Shown one piece after another: positions 10,513 through 19,895 of a DNA stretch of 64,000 nucleotides; the stretch's first letter is position 1; each line of letters opens with the position of its first letter. Source of the DNA: an uncultured Gammaproteobacteria bacterium (lineage in GTDB: Bacteria; Pseudomonadota; Gammaproteobacteria; JACCXJ01); assembly GCA_963764725.1 (NCBI GenBank), contig CAVXTM010000002.1, positions 1 to 64,000 on the forward strand. The letters run 5' to 3'. The translations under genes were made by a program, and so were the position numbers. Under the pieces are notes generated by a model that worked only from the letters and a program-made list of their open reading frames with translations, searched no databases and had not been told where the DNA came from.

Positions 10513-11082
10513 ATGGCAACATCATTTTCCACCCCCACAACAAAGTCATTCTCTCCGGCACCGGCCTGGGCCAACTGCCTGGGAGTTGTCGCAATTGTTT
10601 TTGGTGTTTTTTTGACAGCGGCGCACGGCAATGAGTGGATGAAGCAGGCCGTCATTACCCAGTCGATGCCTGCCAGCGGCGAGATGCCGGCAGCAGACTG
10701 TCCTGAGGAAGAACTCGAGGAGGAGGGTATTTCGCTGGCCGAGTGCGAATACATGGTCTCGCATGTTGAAGGCATAGCATTATCGACACCAGACTGGTTC
10801 CCAAGCGTGCAGATGGGCCTGGCCTTTGCCGGCATGATTCTGGCCTTTATTTCGATCATTATTGGTGGCGTCCTGGTCAATCACACGTCCTGGGCTTCGT
10901 CTGCTGCAGCGTTGACATTCGGAGCACTGGTATTGGTCGACCTACTGCAATTCGCGGCGGTGGTCAATGCCGGTCCAATACTCAGAGACCTCTATCTATG
11001 GAACATACTGCTCTGGTTTGTAATTCACTTGATGATGACGACTGGGGCCATCGCTGGTCGCCATAGCGAAGCAGGTCTTTGA
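10513..11082 (+). CDS. Hypothetical 4-TM membrane protein with acidic Cys-containing loop
   Basis: RBS AGGTG; loop DCPEEELEEEGISLAECEY between TM1 and TM2. Confidence 0.8.
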   Translation: MATSFSTPTTKSFSPAPAWANCLGVVAIVFGVFLTAAHGNEWMKQAVITQSMPASGEMPAADCPEEELEEEGISLAECEYMVSHVEGIALSTPDWFPSVQMGLAFAGMILAFISIIIGGVLVNHTSWASSAAALTFGALVLVDLLQFAAVVNAGPILRDLYLWNILLWFVIHLMMTTGAIAGRHSEAGL

Positions 11083-11133
11083 AGATGCTTCGGACGCGGC
11101 TGCTTATCAAATGCATAAGAATCGGAATCGGTT

Positions 11134-11677
11134 ATGCAAAGACAAGGTTACAATAGAACCGCGGTTATCCTGCACTGGATACTGGCGGTATCGATCTTCT
11201 TCCTGTTCGCTTCCAGTTGGTGGATGCTGGGACTGCCACTGCCCTCTAAGGAACTGACGTTTCGTGAATTCCCGTTCCAGCTGCATAAGAATATAGGCAT
11301 TACGCTGGTTTTTCTTCTGGCCCTGTTGCTGTACGTACGTTTCAAGCATCGGCCAGCACCGGAAAATTCTTCTTCCATGAAGCCGTGGATGCACAAACTG
11401 GCATTGTTCGATCATGTCATTCTGTATGTATTGTATAATTGCCGTCTGTGTGAGCGGTTATTTGTCATCTTCCTATACGCGTTGGGATACGACCGTCTGG
11501 TGGCTGGTGGATCTGCCCAGAATAGCGGCCCCCGACGAAGACATGAATATGTTCTACTCGAATATTCACCTATGGACTGCTTGGGCGTTGCTGGCGGTGG
11601 TTGCTGTTCATGTAACCGGTGCCGTTTATCATGCCTTCCGTAATGACAGCATAGTGCGGCGGATGCTACGCTGGTAA
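11134..11677 (+). pseudogene. Cytochrome b561-family protein, +1 frameshift near 11434
   Basis: Heme His motifs LHW, LHKNIGI, DHVILY in one frame; NIHLW and HVTGAVYH...RML in the next. Confidence 0.85.
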
Positions 11678-11701
11678 ACGTTTTCAAGGCTTCATTATCT
11701 T

Positions 11702-11727
11702 AAGGGCCCGCTTTTGCGGCCCTTTTT
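11702..11727 (+). terminator. Rho-independent terminator
   Basis: AAGGGCCCGC-TTTT-GCGGCCCTT followed by a T run. Confidence 0.6.
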
Positions 11728-11961
11728 ATGTTGGTATGAAGATTCCGTAATACGAGTCATCTTGAGCAATGGAGCAAGCGGTTGTCCCGCCCGTCAGCCG
11801 CTGAACTATTCCTTCACGAGCGCTTATCCTGCGTGCGCGATTCCAGTAATCTCGCTCAGAGGGCCGAACCGGTTGCTGGAGTGGCCACCGCTCCGCGCCT
11901 TGTGCCCCACTCCTCGTGTCGAATGCCTGCGGCATTCTTCGCTCGTCGGTGGTGTCCCACA

Positions 11962-12146
11962 GGCCGCGCGACGTGGGTTGATCACGCTTTTGTTGCCGAC
12001 CGGCATCCTGCTGAAAGAGCGCTTTTCCTCCCTCTAAAGGGGTAGTCGTTGCCCCACCGCAAGAGAGGGATTGGTCTCTTGCTTTAGCCGTGCTTTGAGA
12101 TCCAACTTTCACCGGATAGCTCTTGGCCGACCTAAGCGCGATACTG
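11962..12146 (+). repeat. Copy 3 of repeated unit; box at 12100-12117, GATACT at 12140-12145
   Basis: Matches 3241-3425; lies directly upstream of the multicopper oxidase. Confidence 0.92.
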
Positions 12147-12223
12147 CCGTCGTAAAGAACTAGCCGAAGACACGGCAGTGTTCGGTAGATAACGCTTCAC
12201 CTCTGCACACCTAATATCGCCCT

Positions 12224-13906
12224 ATGAACCGGAACCGTTGGTTAATGGTTTTTGTGGTTGTGGTCATCCTGGCCGGGGTGATGGTTTGGTTCGTTCCCGG
12301 CTTTCTCCCGACCTCTTACCAGTATGGGCCCACGAGTACGACGGCCGCGCCGAGTACCGGTGAGCTGCCTTGTCCCGACGAGCGCCCGGAATGGCGGGAG
12401 GCGAAGGTGATCGAGGGCACGACGATTGAAGAGTCTCCGCTTTGCACGCCCGACAATCCTGACGCGGTCGCGGCCTTCGTCAAGGGCACGAACAACGTTT
12501 CCATGGATACGCTGATGAAGTCGGGGCTCTCCCCGGACACCGTGGTGTTGGAAAACGACCGCGACGGCGACGGTGATCCGGACGATGTGCATATTCGTCT
12601 CGAGGTCGCCGAGCTCAATGGCCGATCGCCCGATGTCGCCTTCCCCGTGCCCGCCTATTCGATCGCGCCCGGGATCCAGCCGGGATTTTGGGTTTTTGTG
12701 CCGAAAGCCCACGGCATGGCGACCAAGAATTTCGAAAGCTACGAAGCTAATGAGATATTGCGGGTGCCTTCGCCCACCATCCGGGTCGAAGTGGGCGATC
12801 GGGTGAGGATCACGCTCGAGAATACTCATTACCTACCGCATACCATTCATCTCCACGGGGTTGACCACCCCTACTACCTCGACCATCCCCTGCATGGGGA
12901 GCAACGCGGCAACGACGGCGTCTCCGAGACCAGCCACATCCCGGTGATGCCGGGAGAGAGCTTTACCTATGAGATCACGCCAAGGCAACCCGGCACGCAG
13001 CTTTATCATTGCCACGAACAGGCGCCCATCCATGTCGGCATGGGCTTGATGGGGATTTTTGTGGTCGAGGAGAACCGCCCCAACAACTGGCTGCAAACCT
13101 TGAACATCGGGGCGGGGCATGTGCGCCATCCCTCGGTGGCCGTCAAGGAGTCTTACGCGCGCGAGTATGATCTCATCTATCAGGAGGTTGACAAGGAAAT
13201 GCACGACCTCATCAAAACCGCGAACGACCCGCGGCTTATCGGCGTCTTGACAACGCGCGAGTACGATGTCACCCAGGCGACGCCCGAGTATTTCCTCCTC
13301 AATGGGCGCTCGTTTCCCTACACCTTGCGCGAATCCCTCATCGTCGTGGATGCGAACGAAAAGGTGAAGATCCGCATGGCCAACGGCGGTGATGATCGTG
13401 GGATCGCGATTCACACCCACGGCCATAAACCGACGATCACCCATTACGACGGGGTGTTGCACAATCGGCAAGCATGGATCACGCGCGATGTCTTTGATTT
13501 AAGCCCGGCGCAACGCTATGACTTGGAGCTGAGCACCGTTGATGATGGGCTGCATAGCTACGGGCCGGGCGTGTGGATGATGCATGACCACGCCGAGAAG
13601 GCCATCACTAACCATGGGCAGTTCCCCGGTGGGAACATCACCTTGATTGCCTACCGGTCCTTCCTGGGTAAGGGGGGCTTGCCCGTGATGCACGGCATGG
13701 AGTTGGCGCCGTTCTTCACCCAAGAGTTTTACCAGCGCAAGGTCCCGGTGTGGGGCACGATCGATAAAGAAGGCGTCCTCGGCGATCCGGCGCCTACCGA
13801 TCCGGCTCTGGGAGGTCCGCTATTACTCGCCGTCGCGGCGGGGCTGCTTCTCGCGGGTGTCATCGTGTTCGTGCGGCTGCGCTTAAAACGCGGAGGGACG
13901 GCGTAG
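12224..13906 (+). CDS. Membrane-anchored two-domain multicopper oxidase
   Basis: HTIHLHG, YHCHEQAPIHVGMGL, IHTHGH, WMMHDH; hydrophobic segments at both termini. Confidence 0.88.
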   Translation: MNRNRWLMVFVVVVILAGVMVWFVPGFLPTSYQYGPTSTTAAPSTGELPCPDERPEWREAKVIEGTTIEESPLCTPDNPDAVAAFVKGTNNVSMDTLMKSGLSPDTVVLENDRDGDGDPDDVHIRLEVAELNGRSPDVAFPVPAYSIAPGIQPGFWVFVPKAHGMATKNFESYEANEILRVPSPTIRVEVGDRVRITLENTHYLPHTIHLHGVDHPYYLDHPLHGEQRGNDGVSETSHIPVMPGESFTYEITPRQPGTQLYHCHEQAPIHVGMGLMGIFVVEENRPNNWLQTLNIGAGHVRHPSVAVKESYAREYDLIYQEVDKEMHDLIKTANDPRLIGVLTTREYDVTQATPEYFLLNGRSFPYTLRESLIVVDANEKVKIRMANGGDDRGIAIHTHGHKPTITHYDGVLHNRQAWITRDVFDLSPAQRYDLELSTVDDGLHSYGPGVWMMHDHAEKAITNHGQFPGGNITLIAYRSFLGKGGLPVMHGMELAPFFTQEFYQRKVPVWGTIDKEGVLGDPAPTDPALGGPLLLAVAAGLLLAGVIVFVRLRLKRGGTA

Positions 13907-14773
13907 GTGCATCGGCGCGGAGTGCTACTTGCCCTGGGTGGGTTGGCCGTCGTGGCCGTGGTGGTATGGCGGGCGAGCACGAGCGGGAACACCGAGGCAC
14001 CCCGCGTGCAAAAAGTCACCGCTACCTCTGACTATCGGCAACCCGCGCTCACCCCCGCTGCGGGTACCGATGCACACGCACATCATCACCACCCCGGCAT
14101 GTCCATGGATATGCAAGGGGCGGTGATGGGCGAAAATAAGGATCGATTACCGCAAGACTGCCCGCAAATCACCGAGGACGTGAAGTTTACCGTGCATGCG
14201 GGCAGAAAGTATGCACGCCGCTTCCCGGGGCTGATGTTTGCCTATGACCAGCAACAATGGAACGTGCGTCCCTGTAGCCGGGTGACCGTAACCTTCGTCA
14301 ACGATGACGATATCCGCCATCAATGGATGCTGCACGGGCTACCGAAATATATCCATCCCCAAGGGATGTTTCACCTCGAAGTCACGGGGCCGGGTGAGAA
14401 AAGCGGGACGTTTATCGTGCCTAGCGGCGACAAGACGTATTTCGTGCATTGCGATATGTCACAACACACCGAAAAGGGCTTGAAGGCGCAACTCAAAGCG
14501 GGCGCGGGAGATATGGACCTGCCGAGCATTCCCGGCTTGACGGCCACCATCAACGTGGACACCTACCCGATCGGCTGGAGCGCGGGCTCGGTCGGTATGG
14601 TGCTCACGGCCGGATTCGCCGGGGCTCTTCTTGGGGTTTTCTGTTTTAACCGCCCGGCGGGCAATATACATCGCGCTGGCCAAACAGGAGGATTAAATGA
14701 AAAGAAATTTACGGGCATTAGCTTTATTGGGTTCTGTGTTTGGACTAGCCGCGTGCGGTGGCGAAGGCGGTGA
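13907..14773 (+). CDS. Cupredoxin-domain protein with His/Met-rich tract (3' end overlaps next gene)
   Basis: HAHHHHPGMSMDM; RHQWMLHG; HCDMSQHTEKGL; N- and C-terminal TM. Confidence 0.82.
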   Translation: MHRRGVLLALGGLAVVAVVVWRASTSGNTEAPRVQKVTATSDYRQPALTPAAGTDAHAHHHHPGMSMDMQGAVMGENKDRLPQDCPQITEDVKFTVHAGRKYARRFPGLMFAYDQQQWNVRPCSRVTVTFVNDDDIRHQWMLHGLPKYIHPQGMFHLEVTGPGEKSGTFIVPSGDKTYFVHCDMSQHTEKGLKAQLKAGAGDMDLPSIPGLTATINVDTYPIGWSAGSVGMVLTAGFAGALLGVFCFNRPAGNIHRAGQTGGLNEKKFTGISFIGFCVWTSRVRWRRR

Positions 14774-15224
14774 AACGGCAGCGGCCGCGAGCCCGGATAG
14801 CTTCAATATCGGCGGCACCTGGGAAGCCGTGTTTCCCGATCGCAGCGACTCGTTGGGGACCCATAAATCCAAGGGAAAGGCGGCACTATCGGGCGATACC
14901 TATATCTACTCGTGGTACGAAAGCCTCATCGGACCCAATGGTCAGGTAGTGTATGAATTGACCGAAACGGCGCGCGAGACCGGTTCGGTATCAGCCACGC
15001 CCGAATATATGAAATGGACCGCCGAATCGTTCGGCGAGGCGCAATACAATCAGGCCGACAATACCTGGAGCGCGGTCGAGATGAAGTCCTCGAAGAATGA
15101 ATACGCCATTCAGTACAAGCTAGAGGGAGATAAGCTGACACTCAAGGAAGACATCAATATCGATGGGGACTTTGACGATGTCTTCCAGGTGCCCGAGACT
15201 CTGACTTACACCAAAGTCAATTAG
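14697..15224 (+). CDS. Hypothetical lipoprotein
   Basis: RBS AGGAGG; lipobox LAAC; beta-rich body. Confidence 0.8.
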   Translation: MKRNLRALALLGSVFGLAACGGEGGETAAAASPDSFNIGGTWEAVFPDRSDSLGTHKSKGKAALSGDTYIYSWYESLIGPNGQVVYELTETARETGSVSATPEYMKWTAESFGEAQYNQADNTWSAVEMKSSKNEYAIQYKLEGDKLTLKEDINIDGDFDDVFQVPETLTYTKVN

Positions 15225-15230
15225 AGGGCA

Positions 15231-15587
15231 ATGTCCCTACGTTTCAATCCATCTACCGTGCTATTAATGATCTCGCAGTCATACAAGCTAGCACGCCGAA
15301 TCGTGGTGGAAGTCGTCGGCGCAACGGTCTTACTACTAGGTATCGCGATGATCGTGCTCCCCGGCCCGGCCTTTATAGTGATCCCGATCGGTTTGGCGAT
15401 CCTCGGCATTGAGTTCGCCTGGGCGCGGCGTTGGCTGGGTATGGTTAAAGCCACAGTTCAGAGAGGGCTTGCCAAATGGGCCAACCGATCAAAAACAAGG
15501 GTGATGCACGGCACTCGGAATTCGTTGGCCGGTGCGAAGCACCAGTATATTATTACCGGTTCGAAACACCGGTATGTTATTACCTGA
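15231..15587 (+). CDS. PGPGW-domain membrane protein
   Basis: MIVLPGPAFIVIPIGLAILGIEFAWARRWL. Confidence 0.8.
   Translation: MSLRFNPSTVLLMISQSYKLARRIVVEVVGATVLLLGIAMIVLPGPAFIVIPIGLAILGIEFAWARRWLGMVKATVQRGLAKWANRSKTRVMHGTRNSLAGAKHQYIITGSKHRYVIT
15529..15582 (+). repeat. Two 27-bp tandem units upstream of htpX
   Basis: CCGGTGCGAAGCACCAGTATATTATTA / CCGGTTCGAAACACCGGTATGTTATTA. Confidence 0.8.
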
Positions 15588-15599
15588 AGAGGCTTGGAT

Positions 15600-16501
15600 A
15601 TGAAACGGATATTTCTGTTCTTACTCACCAACCTTGCGGTCGTTTTCGTGCTCAGCATCGCGCTGCGACTTTTGGGGGTCGAGCGTATCCTCGATGAACA
15701 AGGTACGGGACTCGATCTCAACGCCTTGCTGGTGTTCGCGGGCGTGTTTGGATTCGGCGGAGCGTTGATCTCGCTTGCGATCTCCAAATGGACGGCAAAG
15801 CGTCTGACCGGCGCGCAGGTCATCGAGCAACCTGCCCATGCGAGGGAGCGCTGGCTGGTGGAGACCGTCCGGGGGCACGCACAGCGGGCGGGTATCGGGA
15901 TGCCGGAAGTGGCCATCTTCGATACACCGGATGTGAACGCCTTCGCCACGGGCATGCGCCGCGATTATGCGTTGGTGGCCGTAAGCACCGGCTTGCTCGA
16001 GTCGATGAGCCGGGACGAAGCCGAGGCGGTCTTGGGACATGAAGTGAGCCACATCGCCAACGGCGATATGGTGACCCTGGCCCTGATCCAAGGTGTGGTC
16101 AACACCTTTGTGATCTTTCTCTCCCGCGTCGTAGGCCATCTGGTCGATCGCCTGGTGTTCAGGACCGAAGAGGGACATGGGCCGGCATTCTGGGTGACCG
16201 CCATTATCGCCGAGCTCATGTTGGGGATCCTGGCGAGCATCATCGTCATGTGGTTTAGCCGCCAGCGCGAGTTTCGCGCGGATGCGGGCGGAGCAAGACT
16301 CGCCGGCCGGGCGAAAATGGCCGGGCGAAAATGATCGCCGCATTGGAGCGGCTGAAGCAAAACTATGAACAGCCTCACTTGCCCGACCAGTTGGCCGCTT
16401 TTGGGATCTCCGGTGAAATTGGCCATGGCCTGAAGCGCCTGTTCATGTCGCACCCATCCCTAGACGAGCGGGTAGCGGCTCTACGCCAGTTAGGCGGATA
16501 G
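15600..16501 (+). pseudogene. htpX: Protease HtpX, frameshifted by a 14-bp tandem duplication
   Basis: [35 protein letters not shown]; GGCCGGGCGAAAAT duplicated at 16305-16332; C-terminus MIAALERLK...[11 protein letters not shown] is out of frame. Confidence 0.93.
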
Positions 16502-16629
16502 GGCCACGTAAGTGCGGGGACCTTGCTGTGTTTCCTGTCACACGTCGAATCGTCACTTACCCCTGGGTAATCGTTTACTGAAACCTCTTTTTGCAGAGAG
16601 CGGGCTGAGGGCTGGTTCAGCGCGACTGC

Positions 16630-17059
16630 CGTGGCATTTTGTATTGGTCTTATTAGCCGCAGTGGCAGTGATCGCCTTTGCGATCCTTTACGCGAAAGAC
16701 AACAGGAACGCATCAAAAGATAAACCCGCCCGCGACGATCGTGACAATGTAAAGATTGGCAAAACGAGTTAAGCCGGGCAAAATATCAGTCACCTGAACG
16801 AGGTAGTCGCACCCGGGCATCGTGCGGCTTAATGAAAGCAAGGGACACTCAATTGCGATGGAGGCGTTGTTCCTGCTCACCATAATCGCGGGTGTCGTCC
16901 GTCTCTGGCGCGCTCCCGCCGGCCTTGACGGGCATGCTGTTTTGGCCAATCGTATCTTCGGTGGGGAACCACTTCGGTACCTGGCCAACGTTTGCTGGCC
17001 TGGTTTGAGGCGCTACTAGACCGCCTTCCCCACCGGAATAGCCACAAGGGCGGGGCTTT
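16630..17059 (+). repeat. Collapsed paralogous remnant of the 4121-6208 block
   Basis: 16630-16772 matches the small ORF at 4121; ~16955-17030 matches DUF502 ~5755-5831; 17031-17059 matches 6180-6208 (1 mismatch). Confidence 0.8.
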
Positions 17060-17237
17060 CAACCCATCGTCACACAAGGCCGTGATTTGCCTGTCCACAG
17101 GAATGCTCCTTCTTTGTGGAATTCAGTTTTAGGAGAGTTTTTTGTGGACGCTTTTTGGCTTGTCAAGACCTTTTTAGCTGTCTCAACCACTGGCAGGTAA
17201 CAACTTGGATTAAGTCTTATTCGAAGAAGCCGGAAGA

Positions 17238-19736
17238 ATGCCTGGAAGACTGTCAGTTTCGCTTTTATTGCTGTTGTTTGTATCTAGCGCCTCTGCCCAG
17301 GAAAGGGACGTGATCCTGGTCCTGGATAACTCTGCAACGATGACGAGGGTGGATGCAAAGGGACTGGCCAGCTCAGCAGTCGGTGCATTCGTTAAGAAGC
17401 TTAAAGGCGATGTTCGGGCAGCGATAGTCCTCTTTGATGATTCGGCTACTGTCACGGTCCCGCTCACCGCGGTCACGGACGAGTCCCGACTAGAGTTTCT
17501 CGAGGCCCTTCAAAAACTCAATTACCGCGGAAAGTATCCGGATATCGCGATAGCCCTGAAACAGGCCATCCGTGAGCTTGAGCTCAACGGTCGAGGAGGG
17601 GCGGAGAAGTCGATCATTCTATTGAGCGCTGGCCTTTTGGACCCAAGCGACACGGCGCTAGTGCAGTCACGCCTGCACGCCCTGGGTTACGGGGTGGCTC
17701 CGATCGACGGGATCATGGGGCTAAAAACAAGGGGTGCTATACGCCAGTTTCAGAGGCAGAGGGGGATACCGGCCGATGGAAAGCTAAACAAGACACTCCT
17801 TGTCCGTTTAGAAAAGGCCTATGAAGCAAGATGGCGGAGGGAGTTGGCTGCCAACGCTGCTCGCGCAGGAATCAAGGTCATCGCGGTGGTATTGGGCGAG
17901 GGTTTCGCCCCAGGTCAGGCGTTGGCGGAGAAGACCTCCGGGGAATATTTTCAGATCCCGAAAGCCGAGGTCCTGGCGGGCGTATTCGAACGCCTAAGCA
18001 ACGCTTTCAGTCAAGCAGTGGAGGTTCCCGCAGCAGCCTTACCGGTCCCCACCATTCAGGTGCCTGAGAGGGTAGAGGCCCTCCCCGCGCAGCCAGCGGA
18101 AGTAGCGCTGCCAGAGAAAGGGAGCCAGGTGACGGAGTGGCTAACCGATCCGACAATCTGGGTCGGTCTTCTAACCTTGGTCGTGCTGGAGATCATTCTC
18201 GGCATCGACAATCTTATCTTCATCGCCATCCTGGCGGATAAGCTGCCACCGCACCAGCGCGATCGAGCGCGAGTCATCGGTTTGAGCTTAGCGCTGCTCA
18301 TGCGTCTCGGGTTACTTGCCAGTATTTCCTGGGTCATGTCGCTGACAGCGCCGCTGTTCACTGTATTCGCACAGGAGATTTCTTGGCGCGACCTCATCCT
18401 CGTTCTTGGCGGGGCGTTCCTGCTGATCAAGGCCACAATAGAGATACATGACCGGCTCGAAGCCGGGCCACACGAGCACGCGGACAGCGTCGCTCATGCC
18501 CGGTTCTGGCCACTAGTCGCGCAGATCGTGGCGCTCGACGTAGTGTTCTCGCTCGACTCGGTCATCACGGCCATCGGCATGGTCGACGAGATCTACGTTA
18601 TGATGGTAGCGGTCGTAATCGCGATGATCGTGATGATCGTCGCGAGCAAGCCGCTCACCAAATTCGTGAACGCACATCCGGCGCTGGTCATTCTCTGTTT
18701 AGGATTTCTGCTGATGGTGGGCTTCGTCCTGGTCGCCGATGGCCTGGGCTATCACATACCTAAGGGTTACCTCTACGCCGCCATCGGCTTCTCGGTGGTG
18801 ATCGAGGCTTTTAATCAACTTGCACTTCGCAATCGCAGAAAATGGGCGGCCTCGATTCCGCGCCGGCAGCTCACGGCCGACGCGGTGTGGCGACTTCTGG
18901 GCGGTATTCCTGTACCATCCTCGGCCGCAGTAGGCGCAGACGTGAGCGCAGTGATCCTGGAGACTGCGACGGAACCGGGTTTCGCACCTGCAGAGAAGGC
19001 AATGGTGCGCGATGTCCTCGCGCTCGCCGACCGGCCGGTGCAAACGATTATGACGCCCCGGCCGGCGGTCGCCTGGATCGATCCGGGCGACCCCAAGGAA
19101 ACCGTGTTGGCCGAAGTTCGCAATAGCACGCATCGTCAGTTCTTGGTGAGCCGCGGATCGGTGGACGATGTCGTCGGTATCGCACGTAAGGAAGACATCT
19201 TGGCGCTCTGTCTCAACGACAAGCCGTTTGACCTCATGCAGGTCGTGCAGAAACCCATAGCGGTGCACGAGGGCGCGTCGATTCTCGATACGCTCGCTAT
19301 GTTTAAACGGGCGCCGGTTGATATGGCGTTGGTGGTCGATGAGTATGGCGGTTTGCAGGGGATCGTCACGCAGACCGATTTGCTCGAGGCGATTACGGGG
19401 GATCTGCCGGACGCAGAGCACCCGGAGCCGGAGGTGAAAGAGCTGGAGGACGGCTCATTCCTTGTCGATGGCACAATGTCGATTTACGACGCGCAGCAGC
19501 GCTTCGATCTTGGCACGCTTCCGGACGGCGACTTCAACACGCTTGCCGGTTTCGTTGTGTTTCTTTTCGACCGGATACCTGCGGTAGGCGAGCGCGTCGA
19601 GTCGCACGGCTGGAGCTTCGAGGTATCGGATATGGACGGATGGCGGATAAAGAAAGTGCTCGCACGGCGCGTTGGTGCGGATAGCGAATCATCTGTGGTG
19701 GATTCAACTTTAACGCCGCATCCCCATGATGCTTGA
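17238..19736 (+). CDS. Fusion: signal peptide-vWA (with inserted peptidoglycan-binding domain)-TerC-CBS-CBS-CorC_HlyC (YegH/YoaE-like)
   Basis: LVLDNSATM; QSRLHALGY...[17 protein letters not shown]; [13 protein letters not shown]; [11 protein letters not shown]; [10 protein letters not shown]; VVDEYG. Confidence 0.85.
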   Translation: MPGRLSVSLLLLLFVSSASAQERDVILVLDNSATMTRVDAKGLASSAVGAFVKKLKGDVRAAIVLFDDSATVTVPLTAVTDESRLEFLEALQKLNYRGKYPDIAIALKQAIRELELNGRGGAEKSIILLSAGLLDPSDTALVQSRLHALGYGVAPIDGIMGLKTRGAIRQFQRQRGIPADGKLNKTLLVRLEKAYEARWRRELAANAARAGIKVIAVVLGEGFAPGQALAEKTSGEYFQIPKAEVLAGVFERLSNAFSQAVEVPAAALPVPTIQVPERVEALPAQPAEVALPEKGSQVTEWLTDPTIWVGLLTLVVLEIILGIDNLIFIAILADKLPPHQRDRARVIGLSLALLMRLGLLASISWVMSLTAPLFTVFAQEISWRDLILVLGGAFLLIKATIEIHDRLEAGPHEHADSVAHARFWPLVAQIVALDVVFSLDSVITAIGMVDEIYVMMVAVVIAMIVMIVASKPLTKFVNAHPALVILCLGFLLMVGFVLVADGLGYHIPKGYLYAAIGFSVVIEAFNQLALRNRRKWAASIPRRQLTADAVWRLLGGIPVPSSAAVGADVSAVILETATEPGFAPAEKAMVRDVLALADRPVQTIMTPRPAVAWIDPGDPKETVLAEVRNSTHRQFLVSRGSVDDVVGIARKEDILALCLNDKPFDLMQVVQKPIAVHEGASILDTLAMFKRAPVDMALVVDEYGGLQGIVTQTDLLEAITGDLPDAEHPEPEVKELEDGSFLVDGTMSIYDAQQRFDLGTLPDGDFNTLAGFVVFLFDRIPAVGERVESHGWSFEVSDMDGWRIKKVLARRVGADSESSVVDSTLTPHPHDA

Positions 19737-19772
19737 TAGCCCGTAACGGGTGCTCTTCGGGCACCCGTTCCT
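19704..19772 (-). mobile_element. Tiny remnant of an IS5/IS1182-type transposase N-terminus
   Basis: [14 protein letters not shown]...DAAL resembles the ERVPxDHPLRxI motif. Confidence 0.45.
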
Positions 19773-19895
19773 CTCTTCCTTGTTCAAGGTATTGCAGATC
19801 AACGTGACTACCACAAACGGCACCGTGACGCCGAGCGGCGTCCTTGATTCCAAGCGGAGTATCGGCAGGGCTATGGAAATAGCCCGCCGCGTTAA

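Noticed and set aside
3118-12146. Repeats as a CRISPR array or DGR template/variable pair
   Set aside because: Units are long and irregularly spaced; no cas or reverse transcriptase genes; differences are not adenine-specific
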